Assembly (NCBI GenBank): GCA_022813965.1
Contig: JALDZS010000025.1
Location: forward strand, 124,001-183,425
From: Toensbergia leucococca
Taxonomy: Eukaryota
Direction: 5' to 3'
DNA: 59,425 bases
Under the pieces are notes generated by a model. The model did no database searches. It saw nothing but the letters and a program-made list of their open reading frames with translations, and had not been told where the DNA came from. Shown piece by piece: positions 45,355 to 57,256 of the stretch. Numbering within the stretch: the stretch's first letter is position 1; each line of letters starts with the position of its first letter. The position numbers and the translations under genes were made by a program.

Positions 45355-48300
45355 TCAGAGGGAGATCGGAATATGCGGCGCAAGAGTGTTGATCCGCCGC
45401 CAGTCTCTAAGATCCTTCAATAATCTCTGCGAAAGAGATTCCAAATTCAATGAAGCCGTGTAGCGCCGGGAGGTGCTGACATCGTTCTCAATGACCCAAG
45501 AAAGAGCCTCAACTTGATCTTGGCAAACGACTTTTTCGTAACTGCTCAGATGGGGAAGTCCGTTGACCTGTTCAGTCCTAATGAAGGCTTTATGTGCTGC
45601 GGATGTTGTCATTGGAGGCAGAAGAAGGTTGCCCTGGACGTCAGTAGTTTGAGGAACTCCAGCAAAGCTAGGGTTAACTTGATCGAACGAGACATCACGA
45701 AGTAGTAATTTGTCTAATGGGTTTGTAGTCTTCGTTTGATCAGCCGCTTGCTGAGCGTCAGGCTGATTCGAGTCCCCATCGCTGAATTCACTTCCATGGC
45801 TTGGCGTGCTTGGTTCACTTTGCAGATAAAATGGAGAAGTTGGTGATTCTGATATCCCGTTTAAATTCAGCTTACCACTTGGCTTTTGCTCCATTACAGA
45901 TTTCAAAGAAGGAAGCCTAGCAGAATCATTCTCTTCCACTGGTATATCTGACGTGCCTTCTTTGTATTGCGGGTTAAGCTCTTTAGTCTCCGCGATCCAT
46001 CTCAATAAAGTCTCAGCAGGGGTTTCTGATTGAAAATGAAACTGACGGAGATGAGCGAAGGCGACTCGTTTGAAACGATATCTCTTATTAGATGAGCATG
46101 TGGAACAACTAGCAAGGAAGTTTTTATCTATTGAAACGTCCTTGCAAATCCAGACTTTACGAGTGGGTTCGTGATAACGTTCAGTATGCTTTTTAAAAGC
46201 GTTTTCATGAATCCCTTCAGGGTGTTTGTTGCAATGTGGACAGAGCTCTCTTCGCGCAGGTCCCCTCTTCTTTTTCGTCGGCCGATTATCCATACCAGCG
46301 AGTGACATGGGATACTTATGTTTCGAGGCGGTAGCGGCATTTTGAAAAAACCTATCTTCGACTCTGGGTAGAGCCCCCGTTGGTATGTACTGCGGCAGCA
46401 TCCTCTCTTGACGTCCAAGGGAAACATCTGCTCCTGAATATGCACTCTCTCCTGCATGTTCTGTCGATGATGTCATCAATGGTGGATCGCCTACATCTTT
46501 CTCATCTGAATTCAATTCTAGCAGTGACCTTGGAGCATCAGCTTCCGCGATACCTTTCAAGTCCTCCCTTTCAGTGCTCAAGAGATGCAAAAAGTGGAGT
46601 TCCACTTCGTCAACAGTCTTGGTCTTCAAATAGTCGGATATCTTAACATAGTCTCGTCCGTAATGCTGGAGGAGCTTCGGGAATTCTTTCTCCTCGGCTA
46701 TCGACCAATACGGAGTTCTAGAGGCAGGGAAAGAGACAGCGGCAGGATCCGTAGTCTCTAAGTACTCGTAATCCATTTCTGCAGCATTTCTTGTGTGGAA
46801 AGGGTTATCGAGGCCTGTGGTTGTGATTTGTCCAGCAAAGGCAATAGACTTTGAATCGAAGTTTGCAAAATCCGGATAGCCAATTAGAACTTTTTCAATT
46901 TCCTGGTCCCATGTGTACGTTTCTTGGGTCTTGTCTGAAAACGCTTTCACCTTTCGATCGTTGGAAACTTTCCGAATATCATCTTTGAATTCTTTCAGGG
47001 TCTGATAATGGTCTCCATCAATTTTCTCTCTTATGTCGTCGACACCAATCGAGTGAGTGGGCCTTTCTGAAACGTTTTCCGCCGCCAAGCCTGTAGTTTT
47101 ATTCAGATCAGTAGAGCTTGCCGAGTTGTTTTCGTAAATTGTCGACGCCTCACTCAATTCGAGTCTCGAAAGGACTTGTCGAAAGCTCTGTTGAAGCACA
47201 TTTCGGCCCCTTTCGTTCCAACGTTGTAACATACGCGTAAGGTTGCCCGAGCTTCTTAACGAAGAAGAATCGCCTATATGTGTATCGTCAACTGTGACGT
47301 CTAAGCTAGTCGGGATTTCAAAGTCTTCTGCAGACATATGATATCTTTTTACCTGTTTATCCAAATCCCGATAAGACCTGAAACCTCTTCCGGTGAAGTC
47401 ACATTTCAAGCAAGGGAAAGAAGGTATGTGGGACCCTTCGTGAAAGCCTCGATCCCGCACGGAGTTAAAGCAATGGGTGCAGTTATAAAATCTACATCTG
47501 AAACCATAACGAGAGATGAACTTGGTAAAGTCGTCTTGTCGAATATGATTCGGCAGTCTGGATGGATCCATGGTTAGAAGCCGCTCAGTGATCTCTCGTA
47601 GGTGGTAATTTATCAGACTTAAGAACGTCTCGTCCTTTTGGAGCTGCCATTGTTCCTGAGCATCCAGGCTTTCGAAGGTTGGCTTCATTTTCTCAAGACC
47701 TTTCTTGAAATTCAGCCAGCTAGAAATAAGGATATGAGGTGATGGAAATCGGACAAGCTTCTGCAGACCATCATCGGCTTCGAATGGACTGCGGCTGATG
47801 GAATCGATAGAGTCTTTATTCGATTGGTCTTTTCTGATAATACATAAAGCTCTCAGGGCGTCAATGAGTGTCATACTCTGCTCGTCTATGCTTGACACCT
47901 TACGCAAATAAGCCAGAACGTGTTCATCCCAATGATTATGGCCATAAAGTTGAAGACCGTAGCTCCCTTGGATGACCATATTTTCAATCTCCACTTGAGT
48001 GGCTCCGTTAGAAAAGCGCGGTATGATCTTTGATGCAGTGGTTAAATTGGTAACGCAGGAGAAAGCAATATGAAAATGAGCTTGCGCGATATCAACGAAC
48101 GGACCACTTTGCATGTCAAGCAGGTACTCTTTCGCCGAAAAGTGCACAAGATCGAGAACACCACCGGCCGACTTTTCAATTAGCGGGGCACAGACTTCAA
48201 GAATGTCTCTATCCATATCTTGGGTTCTGGTTCTTTTATTCAATGCTGTTTGTCCAGGTCTTATTGCGATACCATCGGCAACTTCATTTACCTCTATCGG

Positions 48301-50019
48301 TCGGTAAGATGCACATAACCAAAATAGAATCTTGGATGCCCTTTCCTTTAAGAGTGGACTGAGAGTTCTAAAGCGGGACAAAATACGCCCGTATGCCTGG
48401 TCCAGTCCATCAGGGAGTTTCTCGATGGCCTCTTCAAAATCTAGCTCTGAGCTTTGTTGCTGAAGCATTACTGTGACGAGACGTACCCAAAGAAACATGC
48501 CTTTTGCCATTTCTTCCAACCGTATCTCAATCCGGGTGAATAATGTAGGTTCTAGTCCGGGGAACGAAGACTTTAGATCCTCAACACTATTTCGAACATA
48601 AAGACGGAGCGCTTCGGTGGTCTTCCCTTCAAGCGTTACGTGTGTTTTCTTCACCAAAGCCTTGTTGATCTGGGGTTCATGGCGACTAAACATTAGTATT
48701 TTGCAAGAATCGCCAGTGTGCTTTTGGAGATCCAGAAGGCTTCCGAGTAGCTCTCGTTGGAGCGAACAATCACATTCGTCTATGCCATCAAGGACTATAC
48801 GTGTAGACTTAATATTGGAGAGAATCTCTGTTAACATTTTCTTGATACCTTGGCCAGAGCGATTGAATCCTTTTTGGAAATGCGCTTGATGGATAAGTGG
48901 CCCCATATCCAAGTTTTGGCGCAACAACTGGATAGCCAAAGTACGTAGAATGGAGGCACAGGCATCTTGAGAGGACTTTTGCCCACAGAAGTAGTAAAGA
49001 ACGGTCTGCTCCTTGCGGCTTTGGAGGTGTTCGACGAGTAAAGAAGCTAGGAAGGTTTTACCAGCTCCTGGGATAGCTGTGATCCATAATACCGCATCAC
49101 CTTTTTCATCTTCTATCCAAGAGTAAACTTGGTCCTGCTCAAGAATCCAGTTGCAAGTCCTAGGTTGGCGAATATCAGCAATATGATGAAGATAATCTTC
49201 CTGGCTGTCCTCGGCGGCTGAAAGCCAGGCGAAAACTTTTTGGGTCATGTCGTTGTGTCTGCGTTGCTCAGATTCATCATCCTCGAGCTGCCGTGCGTCT
49301 CGCATCTTCCTCATCTCAGAGTAATGTGTAGCAGCAGCTTCCCTATCTAGAAGGTCACAATGTGACGCCAATCTGTCAAGAATGGATTTGAAACGATGTT
49401 CGAATAATCCCCAGTCGAAAGCAAAATAAAAGTGCCATGCTCTTCGGCGGAAGAACTTGTATACGCGCTGGAAAAATTCCAAGAGATCACTGTAAATGAG
49501 CCCCAGCACTCGCTGAAAATCCACTTTATCTCCAAAGGCCACTTTCAACTTATCCACAACGGGTAGGACATCAGTGACATCTTTCAGAGCTTGGAGTATC
49601 TTATCCATGATATTTGAATACTGCCTTGCTAGCTGGTATCAAACATCAGCAATATCGCAGGAAAGAAGAAGTGAGCCGTCGTACAAGCAACATCAACTTT
49701 ATTGGTCCCTATACGATGGTCAGCTGGACAAGCATTGAATGTTCACGTTTATCGGATCTACCCAAACGAAGGCCATGGGTGAGAAGCCTTGGCAGAACGT
49801 ATCCACCACGGCGGAGTAGCTTTCTAAAGTACACAGCACGGGCTCTATTCTAGCCATGTTCCGAAGTGACAGTCGAGCACCTTGGTGGAGCTCGATACGG
49901 CGAGCCTCTCTCCATACATCCTCCAGGCTAGTATCTGTGAAGGTTCGGGCATCTTCAGGAGTGACGGTTGACTTCAAGTGATCGAATGCTTTCTTGACGA
50001 TTGCCTGTCCATCGGCCAT
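45355..50019 (-). CDS. NACHT (STAND/NLR-like) protein, ~1519 aa, with N-terminal helical (Goodbye/DUF7708-like) domain and C-terminal C2H2, bromodomain-like, SANT, zinc-finger and Taf12-N-like segments
   Basis: Exons 50019-49762, 49708-49685 and 49632-45355. AFVWGPIKLML N-domain, Walker A WITAIPGAGKT, Walker B IVLDGIDEC, GMFLWVRL, LPDGLDQAYGRIL and VHFSAKEYL. Confidence 0.9.
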
Positions 50020-50278
50020 GGCTGTAAGCTCTTGACATGCCACCGAGGATCTGAAGAAAAGGAGGGCACGAAGTCGTGGAGGAGAAGGCAATAATTGATA
50101 TCGACACGCAAGCCGAGTGGTCATGGATCTGCCAGTCCATTATGGAGTGGTACGAGTATTTGACTGGCTGGATGAGACGAGGCTGTATTATCGTGAATGG
50201 TATCCGTACATGACCTTGGCGGAGATATGCAGCACCAACTGACTGAGACATTTTGGTTATCAATTGATAGTAGGTAAA

Positions 50279-51042
50279 GATTCCGTACTGCAAGTAGGTA
50301 AGATTACTGATTGCAGTAAAAAAAGGCTGGTGATACGTGTACACCCCCTTTTGATACGTGTACACCCCCCCCCCCCCCCCACCCCCCTCAGGCGCAATAT
50401 CATCGAGGAAATTTTTATCATTAAATCCCCACAACCTTTGCAAGCCATTTACTTGTTCTATTTGCGTGCCATCTAGAAGCCAAATTACCTAGGAGAAAAA
50501 TCATGCTTTTGTACCACATCCTAACTTGATTCCCTCACCCCGGGCGCACAATCACCCCCCCCGGGCGCAAAAAATTATGATTACCTCCTTTCAAAATCAA
50601 GAAATACTCTGTAATCCTCGGGAACTCCACCTCCACTCCCCCCCCTCTCTATTCCCTCACCCCTCTCTAGGTTCTCACCCTCCTCACCCTCTAGGTCCTC
50701 GCTCACCCTGATCACCCCGGCCACCCCCCTGAAGACCTTGTTCTACCACCTCAAATTGAGACAATTCTCTCTGTGTACCTCTATCAAATGCCTGTTGTAT
50801 GATCCCCTACTGCAGTGGAGGTGTTAGATGGCACGCAAATGAAACAGGTATTTGGCTTGCGAAGTGATGGGGAATTGAGGCAAGATGTGGTGCAGAATGA
50901 TAAAATTTCCCTCAGTGATTTTGCGCCCGGGCACTAGTTGGGGTGGGGGGGGTGTAGATGTAGCCAAAGGGGGTGTAGGATTAGCAATACCCATTTTTTT
51001 TTACATGATCACTACATTACTGTCAGGTAGTTTTACAGAGTC
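50279..51042. mobile_element. Degenerate non-autonomous inverted-repeat element (MITE/MULE-like, ~760 bp)
   Basis: Imperfect ~145-bp arms at 50279-50422 and 50896-51042 are reverse complements (e.g. ggcgcaatatcatcgaggaaatttttatcatt vs aatgataaaatttccctcagtgattttgcgcc; tacaccccctttt vs aaagggggtgta). Internal CCCGGGCGCA repeats are present. No clear TSD and no ORF. Confidence 0.6.
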
Positions 51043-51521
51043 AAAAAAAAGGTATGAGATCCCTTATAATGTTATTACTGGTCATATGCGGTTCTCAGCT
51101 AAGGTAGTGTCTGGGAATAGGCTGCAATTGGCGGCAATGAATGCCTCAGGCATTACGGATACCTAGAATAACCACCTACGTAATCTTAAAATATTTTGTT
51201 GACTGCGGCCGGGGCTGCTCGCAAGGCCACTCTCGCTACCGAACCATTCAGATATCAATCTCAGCCTGATTGATAACTGCGCGTTTGTCACTGGGGTCTT
51301 TCGCTCCTTTCGCCATGCTTCATCTGCACTTATCCGAGAACCTTCGAGGTCCCATTCCCTGAATATATGATATAGCTATACTCTGATGTATTCTCTTCTC
51401 GGCGACTGAGAGCCGTTCTTGGAAAAGTCCCATCCTAAATGACCAATAACACGAGCAATCATTTCCTCGATTCCCTCGATAGAAAGACACCAAGAAAACA
51501 GATCTTTGATGTTTTGACTAT

Positions 51522-54382
51522 ATGAAGCACTCACTCGTAGAGCCTGAGCTTGTGGCCTTCGAAAGACCATCCAAGCGCCCAGCAATAGATGCTCATGATA
51601 CTCACTGCTTTGGAATGGTTTGTCGAGCCATCTGCAGAATATGCCGGATATAGAGGCAATCATCTTTCTAGTATTGAGTCTTGACTAATTCTGTGCTTAT
51701 CTAGCTAGTCGACTTTGCCTGCAAAAGGACGCCGCAGTACAATGTTGTTGAGACACCAATCGCTCTTGACATCATGAAAGATTGTTTAACAATCGTGGAT
51801 GCACAAAGTGGAATCGTCTTCGGACGTCTTGAACCGATTACCCACAAGATCATGGCCGTCCTTCAGAGAGACCTCTCGATCCAGCTCTTTGCCGACTACA
51901 TCTTAGAGAATTCTGACATGGGAGATGCGAGATCAAATGCTAAAAGCAAACCGACAAAGCTAAGAGGCTCTATAGGACTCTACGTAGTAATATATGGACC
52001 TTCGACCTATTCCAAAGCTGTGGGACATTTCGCAAGCAAGTGTAACTTGTTCTTACAACATCCCCAAAACTGTGATCGAAATGTCCCATATCATAATCCG
52101 CACTGTCTATCTCGAGAGACACCCGAGAGCCTTTATACCTACGACATCAATGACGGGCTTCATAGCGACCTCACAACGGGCATTTTGGCTTCTCAGAACC
52201 CAATCGACCTTTTCGCTGATAGTACAGAGTCGGAGGGGCTTATAGCGGCAGATTCTCCACAAGGATTGCGTACTGAGCTGTATAAGCATCAGAAGCAAGC
52301 CTTGACTTTTATGATAGAACGTGAAAAGGGCTGGGCAATAAAAGGTCCTCGCAAAGATATCTGGACAGAGGAAAACGACCAATTTGATAGGGTGGTATTT
52401 TCGAATAATATCAGCGGCCAAAAACAGATCAGACCACCGCCTGAGTTTCGTGGTGGTCTCCTCATAGATGCACCTGGATTGGGAAAGTCTTTGAGTATTA
52501 TCTCGTTGATCCTGTCTACAAGGAAGACCCGACAAGCTACTCACGCCGGTGAAGCGTCTCTCACAACCACCCTCTTGATTGTCCCAAAAACTTGTAAGCA
52601 GACATTACTTTTCTCTTCTTCGACGTGTTAGCGCTGATAATCGCAGTGATTCAGACCTGGAAAGATGAGCTACAGAGGTAACTTTTCCTGGAATTGGCAA
52701 TTTCTATTACGGGCAGGTTGAGGTTTCTTAGGCACCTCAGCACGTTGGATGCACTAAGATTCTGCATATATTATGGAAAAGATAGAACTAAGTATCTTCA
52801 TGACCTTGAATGCTATGACTTGGTCATTACAACCTACTCTGTTGTTCGCTCGGACTGGAATACGAGTAAAGCGCAACCGGAAAATCTGGCGACTTTGCAT
52901 AGCTCTAAGTGGGGGAGGATTGTACTAGATGAAGGTTTGCCACCATGGAGATTTGATTCCAGAGTCGTGCTGATTTATCAGCACACATCATTAGAGAACC
53001 GTCAAAGTCATTTGCAAGATCCGTGTGCGATCTTTCGGCTGAACGTCGCTGGGGAGTCACTGGAACACCGATCCAAAATCGTCTGACAGATTTGTTTAGC
53101 CTATTTAAGTTTCTGAAATGCGCACCTTTTGACGATCTCAAGGTATTCAATGCTCATGTTACAAAAAATTGGAAAGCAAAGTCAGATCCGACCTGTGTGG
53201 CAAAGCTGAAAACTCTGGTTAATTGTCTTTCTCTCCGGCGCCCGAAAACCACAGTTACGCTCCCACCTCGGAAAGATGACACAGTTTGTCTCGACTTCAA
53301 CGACCAGGAACGGCATTACTATGAACGCATCAAGACAAGCACCATGCAAAAGCTTAATTTGGTAGATGGTGAGAGCAGCAGTGTGAATTTTATTAATGCA
53401 TTGAAATGGGTCAATGAGCTAAGACTAATCTGCAATCATGGGCTCACAAATAAGAAAGCGATTCAAATTCTGGAGAAAACTTTACCAGTCAGACCGGCAT
53501 GGAGTGAATTGGATGCTCAGATACGTTTCAATCAACTTGACCAAGCAGGGCTTGCTAAATGCTCCAATCCAAGCTGCTTCCAAGATCTAACATCTGCGCT
53601 TTCCAGTGAAATGGACACCCAGCACGTGGACGAGCCTCGGATAGAAGAGTCTCTGGAGCTTCTGTGTTCTTCATGTTTCGCGAGCCGTGTAGGAAGAGCT
53701 AACAAGTTTTTCAAGGTTTGTAACCATCTCCCTAGGTGTTCGTCGAACAACCCCACACAAGATAATCAGGCGGATGAATCATTCGGGTTTTACAAAGGAG
53801 ACGAGACTCCAAGCAAGATCCAGAGGCTCGTGAAGGACTTGTTGAAGACTCCAGAGGGTATTAAGAGGCTGGTTTTACTCTGTTTTATAGTCCGCTACTC
53901 TTACTAAACAAAATTTGTACAGTGTCGTCTTCTCTTCCTGGACGCGGACCTTTGACATAGTCCAACCTCAGCTCATGGCAAAGTCTATCAGATGTGTTCG
54001 TCTTGACGGCACGTTATCTGCATCTAGCCGAGCCAGTGTCATTCGCGTGTTCCGTACGAATCCTGGGATCACAGTCCTTCTCGCTACCATCACGTGTGGC
54101 GGGGTCGGGCTTGATCTTACAGCGGCATCAAGAGCATATATAATGGAGCCTCAATGGAACCCCATGAGCGAGTCCCAGGCCTTGGATCGAATCCATCGGC
54201 TGGGGCAGGAGAACGAGGTCAGGACCATTCGGTATATCATGAGAGGCTCATGGGAAGAACAAGTGCTCAAATTGCAAAAGCGCAAGCAAGAGCTCGCGGA
54301 CCTGACGTTGAGTGGTGGTGCAATTAATAAGGCTGAGCTAACTTATGGCCGCCTCAAGTATCTGAAGGAACTTGTTGGGTAG
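51522..54382 (+). CDS. SNF2-family ATPase, Rad5/Rad16/HLTF-like, with Cys-rich insert
   Basis: HCFGM|LVD N-terminus, LQHP, TELYKHQKQALTFM, GGLLIDAPGLGKS, WGRIVLDE|AH, RWGVTGTPIQNRLTDL, SVVFSSW, GGVGLDLTAASRAYIMEPQWNP..ESQALDRIHRLGQ. Five GT-AG introns. Confidence 0.92.
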
Positions 54383-55543
54383 CATGATTTCGAATCCTCA
54401 GGCTATCTTGATGTGAGTATTCTTCGACAGTCTGCCACCTGAGCTTGGGTATACAAATCAAGTTTGATCAAAATGATGATAATTCAGAGGCTTACTACCT
54501 GATTTGGTTGCTCATCGTGTATCATTGTATCACACGATGATGCATATGATTGATTAGCATAGCGGTAGGAGATCGTCGAGGTGGACGTTGAAGGTAGCAT
54601 GTTTGGATATTTCAAAGCCATTGATGACTTCAATGACTGGCACATGACTCTTTTGATGCCTATGATTTGATTCAATGACCTTTTCCCAAACGGCAGCGAT
54701 ATCTTGGCCAGGGAGTTGCATATCACTATACATGATCGATCTCATTACAAGATTTGATTTAAGTCACATATCTTTCAAGAAGAAGATCTCCCTGTCCTTT
54801 ACAGTTCTTCTGAAGATAACCGGGCTGTCAGAGTTTTCGGTTTAAGAGGAGTACAAGGGTTGGATGACATATCTTTGATATATTGACTGAATCTGCAAAG
54901 TTGTACGTCCTTCAGTAATATTGAAAGTAGGGAATACATGATAGTCTATGGCATAATTATCAGATAATACGTTTAAGAGGCATGGTTTGAAGAGTATGTA
55001 ATTGGGATGGTTGAATGACGACTCGTATGTCCACGGATTGACCTTCAGATTGTCACGTGATTCAGTCTAGTGCTAATCGAAGCACCCCCATATAATTCCC
55101 ATTTTGCGTGTTCCTTAACATCATAGCTATCGTACTGCATCAATAAATCAGTCCCTTACAAGGCGCCTTAGTATTGAAGGGAAAATTTGTCTTATATCCA
55201 AGGAACGGCGGCCCCGACACCTCTCGTAAATTCTGGTACGAGTAGATTAGGTACCTAAAGAAATGAGCTTGATCACTATAGTAGTTCCAGCGAGGTAAGA
55301 TCATATACGCAACACCTATCACACGAAATCATTATCATATCAGCCTATTAAATTTAGTTGAAGCAGCTGTAAGGTTGTGTGCAAATGTAAAAGAGACAAT
55401 CACAATCAAGTGAGGTGCATTGAGTAGGCTGTATGTGTAACCTTCTTCTCATTGGCTCTGTTAAAGTGCCTCTGGCAGCACCTTACCACGAGGAATGACG
55501 CTAGTACGCCAAACGCACAAACGCACAGACGCACAAACAAACA

Positions 55544-55573
55544 GTAGGTACCTTAAGCACGTAAGGTACCTAC
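55544..55573. repeat. Perfect inverted repeat (12-bp arms, 6-nt loop)
   Basis: GTAGGTACCTTA-agcacg-TAAGGTACCTAC, preceded by ACGCACAA-type repeats and flanked on both sides by TACGCCAAACG. Confidence 0.8.
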
Positions 55574-56365
55574 GCCTCACTACGCCAAACGGGGCGAACT
55601 TAAGAATTTGACCGCAATGTGAACGATGAGGCTCTGCATAAATTAAATGCCACGCTAATTTTTGCTCTACTTGTATCGCCGCCATCAGTGCCATCGCCAT
55701 TCCGAATGATGATGCTTTTGTACGCGTCCAATCAGAGACCTGCGAACTCGAACTCGAATCTATCTGTCCAATCTCAAATTGATTCTTGTCTTCAGTTTCT
55801 CACGCTCCAGCCTTGAACAATTGCGCACACGTACAATGGCAACGTCGTGCTTTATGCTGCTTTCCCTTCAATCAAGAGTCGAGTCATATGCGATCTCCAT
55901 GGCTTTCTCTTGAGAGCGCATCTCCTGAAACTGCACTGAATCATTCCAATGTCTCGGCTTGCCCTAGTCCGCTGCCCAAAACTTCGTCGCATCAAGAATT
56001 AAGGCTGGATTTGACTTGGGGAAACTTCCTACCGCGTGGATTTTTTGAAATGCGATTCAATTCTTATATGCGTCCCGTCTCTAAATTAAATCTCCGACGT
56101 AAAAAAATTACGCTTTGAAGTATGTTGTGACACAGACGGCGGTATTTCTGCGACTTGTATCAACCTTCACTCTGAACACCTGTACTTTGATTTCGGACTG
56201 ATGCTTTTATAAGTCGCAACATGCTATTCCCACAGCATTGCCAGCTTTCACAACACTTTCGTATTTCTTTCCATTATATACTACGCACTTTGTCACTATT
56301 CGCTCTAGGGCATCTGAGCTTCAATAATACTACTCACTACTGTCCGTCACCACCTCGTTGTCAAT

Positions 56366-57256
56366 ATGCGTAACCTCTCTCACTCCATTGGTGTTTTCTC
56401 TCTCTCAGCTTTGTTTCTTCTTTCCAACACCTCCGCATCTCCATTGAGTAGTCCCATACGTCAGTTGACGAGACGACAAACTGATCAGAATACCGACCCC
56501 AATCACTACGTGAGTCTCATCTACCGGGCGTTGTTCTGTAATTTTACCATCGCCACGCTGATTACACTGTCATGACTATCTAGCTACACTGTCAGGGATA
56601 CTACTCTCCCAACACCACCATGACAAGCTTCTGTTCTCCAACGCTCACCTGCGATGCCACAAACCCCGGAACGAAGCCATCATATCCAAGTACATACTCG
56701 AACGATAGAGCTTTGTGCATCAACTCGTGCCAGTGCCATGTGTCCGGTACTCCGATAGCAGTAGCAGGAACCCAGGCTGTCTTGGCACTTGTGAGGACAC
56801 TCTTTCCTGGATTTCCTTCCTTGAAATTGATCATCCAAAAAACCTTCCTCTCTCTCCAAGTTCCCTATCCTGTTGTGAAAATCGATCCACTAATTCTCCC
56901 TGCTTCAGCTCGATTGTCAAGGCGATGCTCCCGCTGGTTCTTCGCCCGGCCAAGACATCAACAGCTACTGCGCCCCTGTCTTGTACTGTCTGCCCGACAA
57001 CCCTGGAGATAGCACACCATTCTCGATCAACTCGATCAACGCAGCTTGCAGGTCCCAATGTGCGTGCAACGCGTATGCTCTCTTACAAGGACAAGCCCGA
57101 GCATCGCCTGAAGCCATACTCCCGGTTCCGGTCACCGGGAGAAGCTCCAGTAGTGACGGACAAACACCTCCGTCTGAAGAAGTGCAGCCACAGCAACCAA
57201 CGCCGTGTCGTTATCCTGAAACCAACGGGCGGTGTGGAGACGACCCCTCCGGATGA
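56366..57256 (+). CDS. Secreted Cys-rich protein with two 6-Cys repeats (232 aa; exons 56366-56509, 56584-56790, 56909-57256)
   Basis: Signal peptide, LTRR Kex2-like site, two phase-0 GT-AG introns with branch-like motifs (GCTGAT, CTAAT) and an open frame to TGA 57256. Confidence 0.82.

Noticed and set aside
54484..54900. Degenerate coding remnant downstream of the SNF2 gene (minus strand)
   Set aside because: The protein-like stretch is short, interrupted by stops and not assignable to any family.
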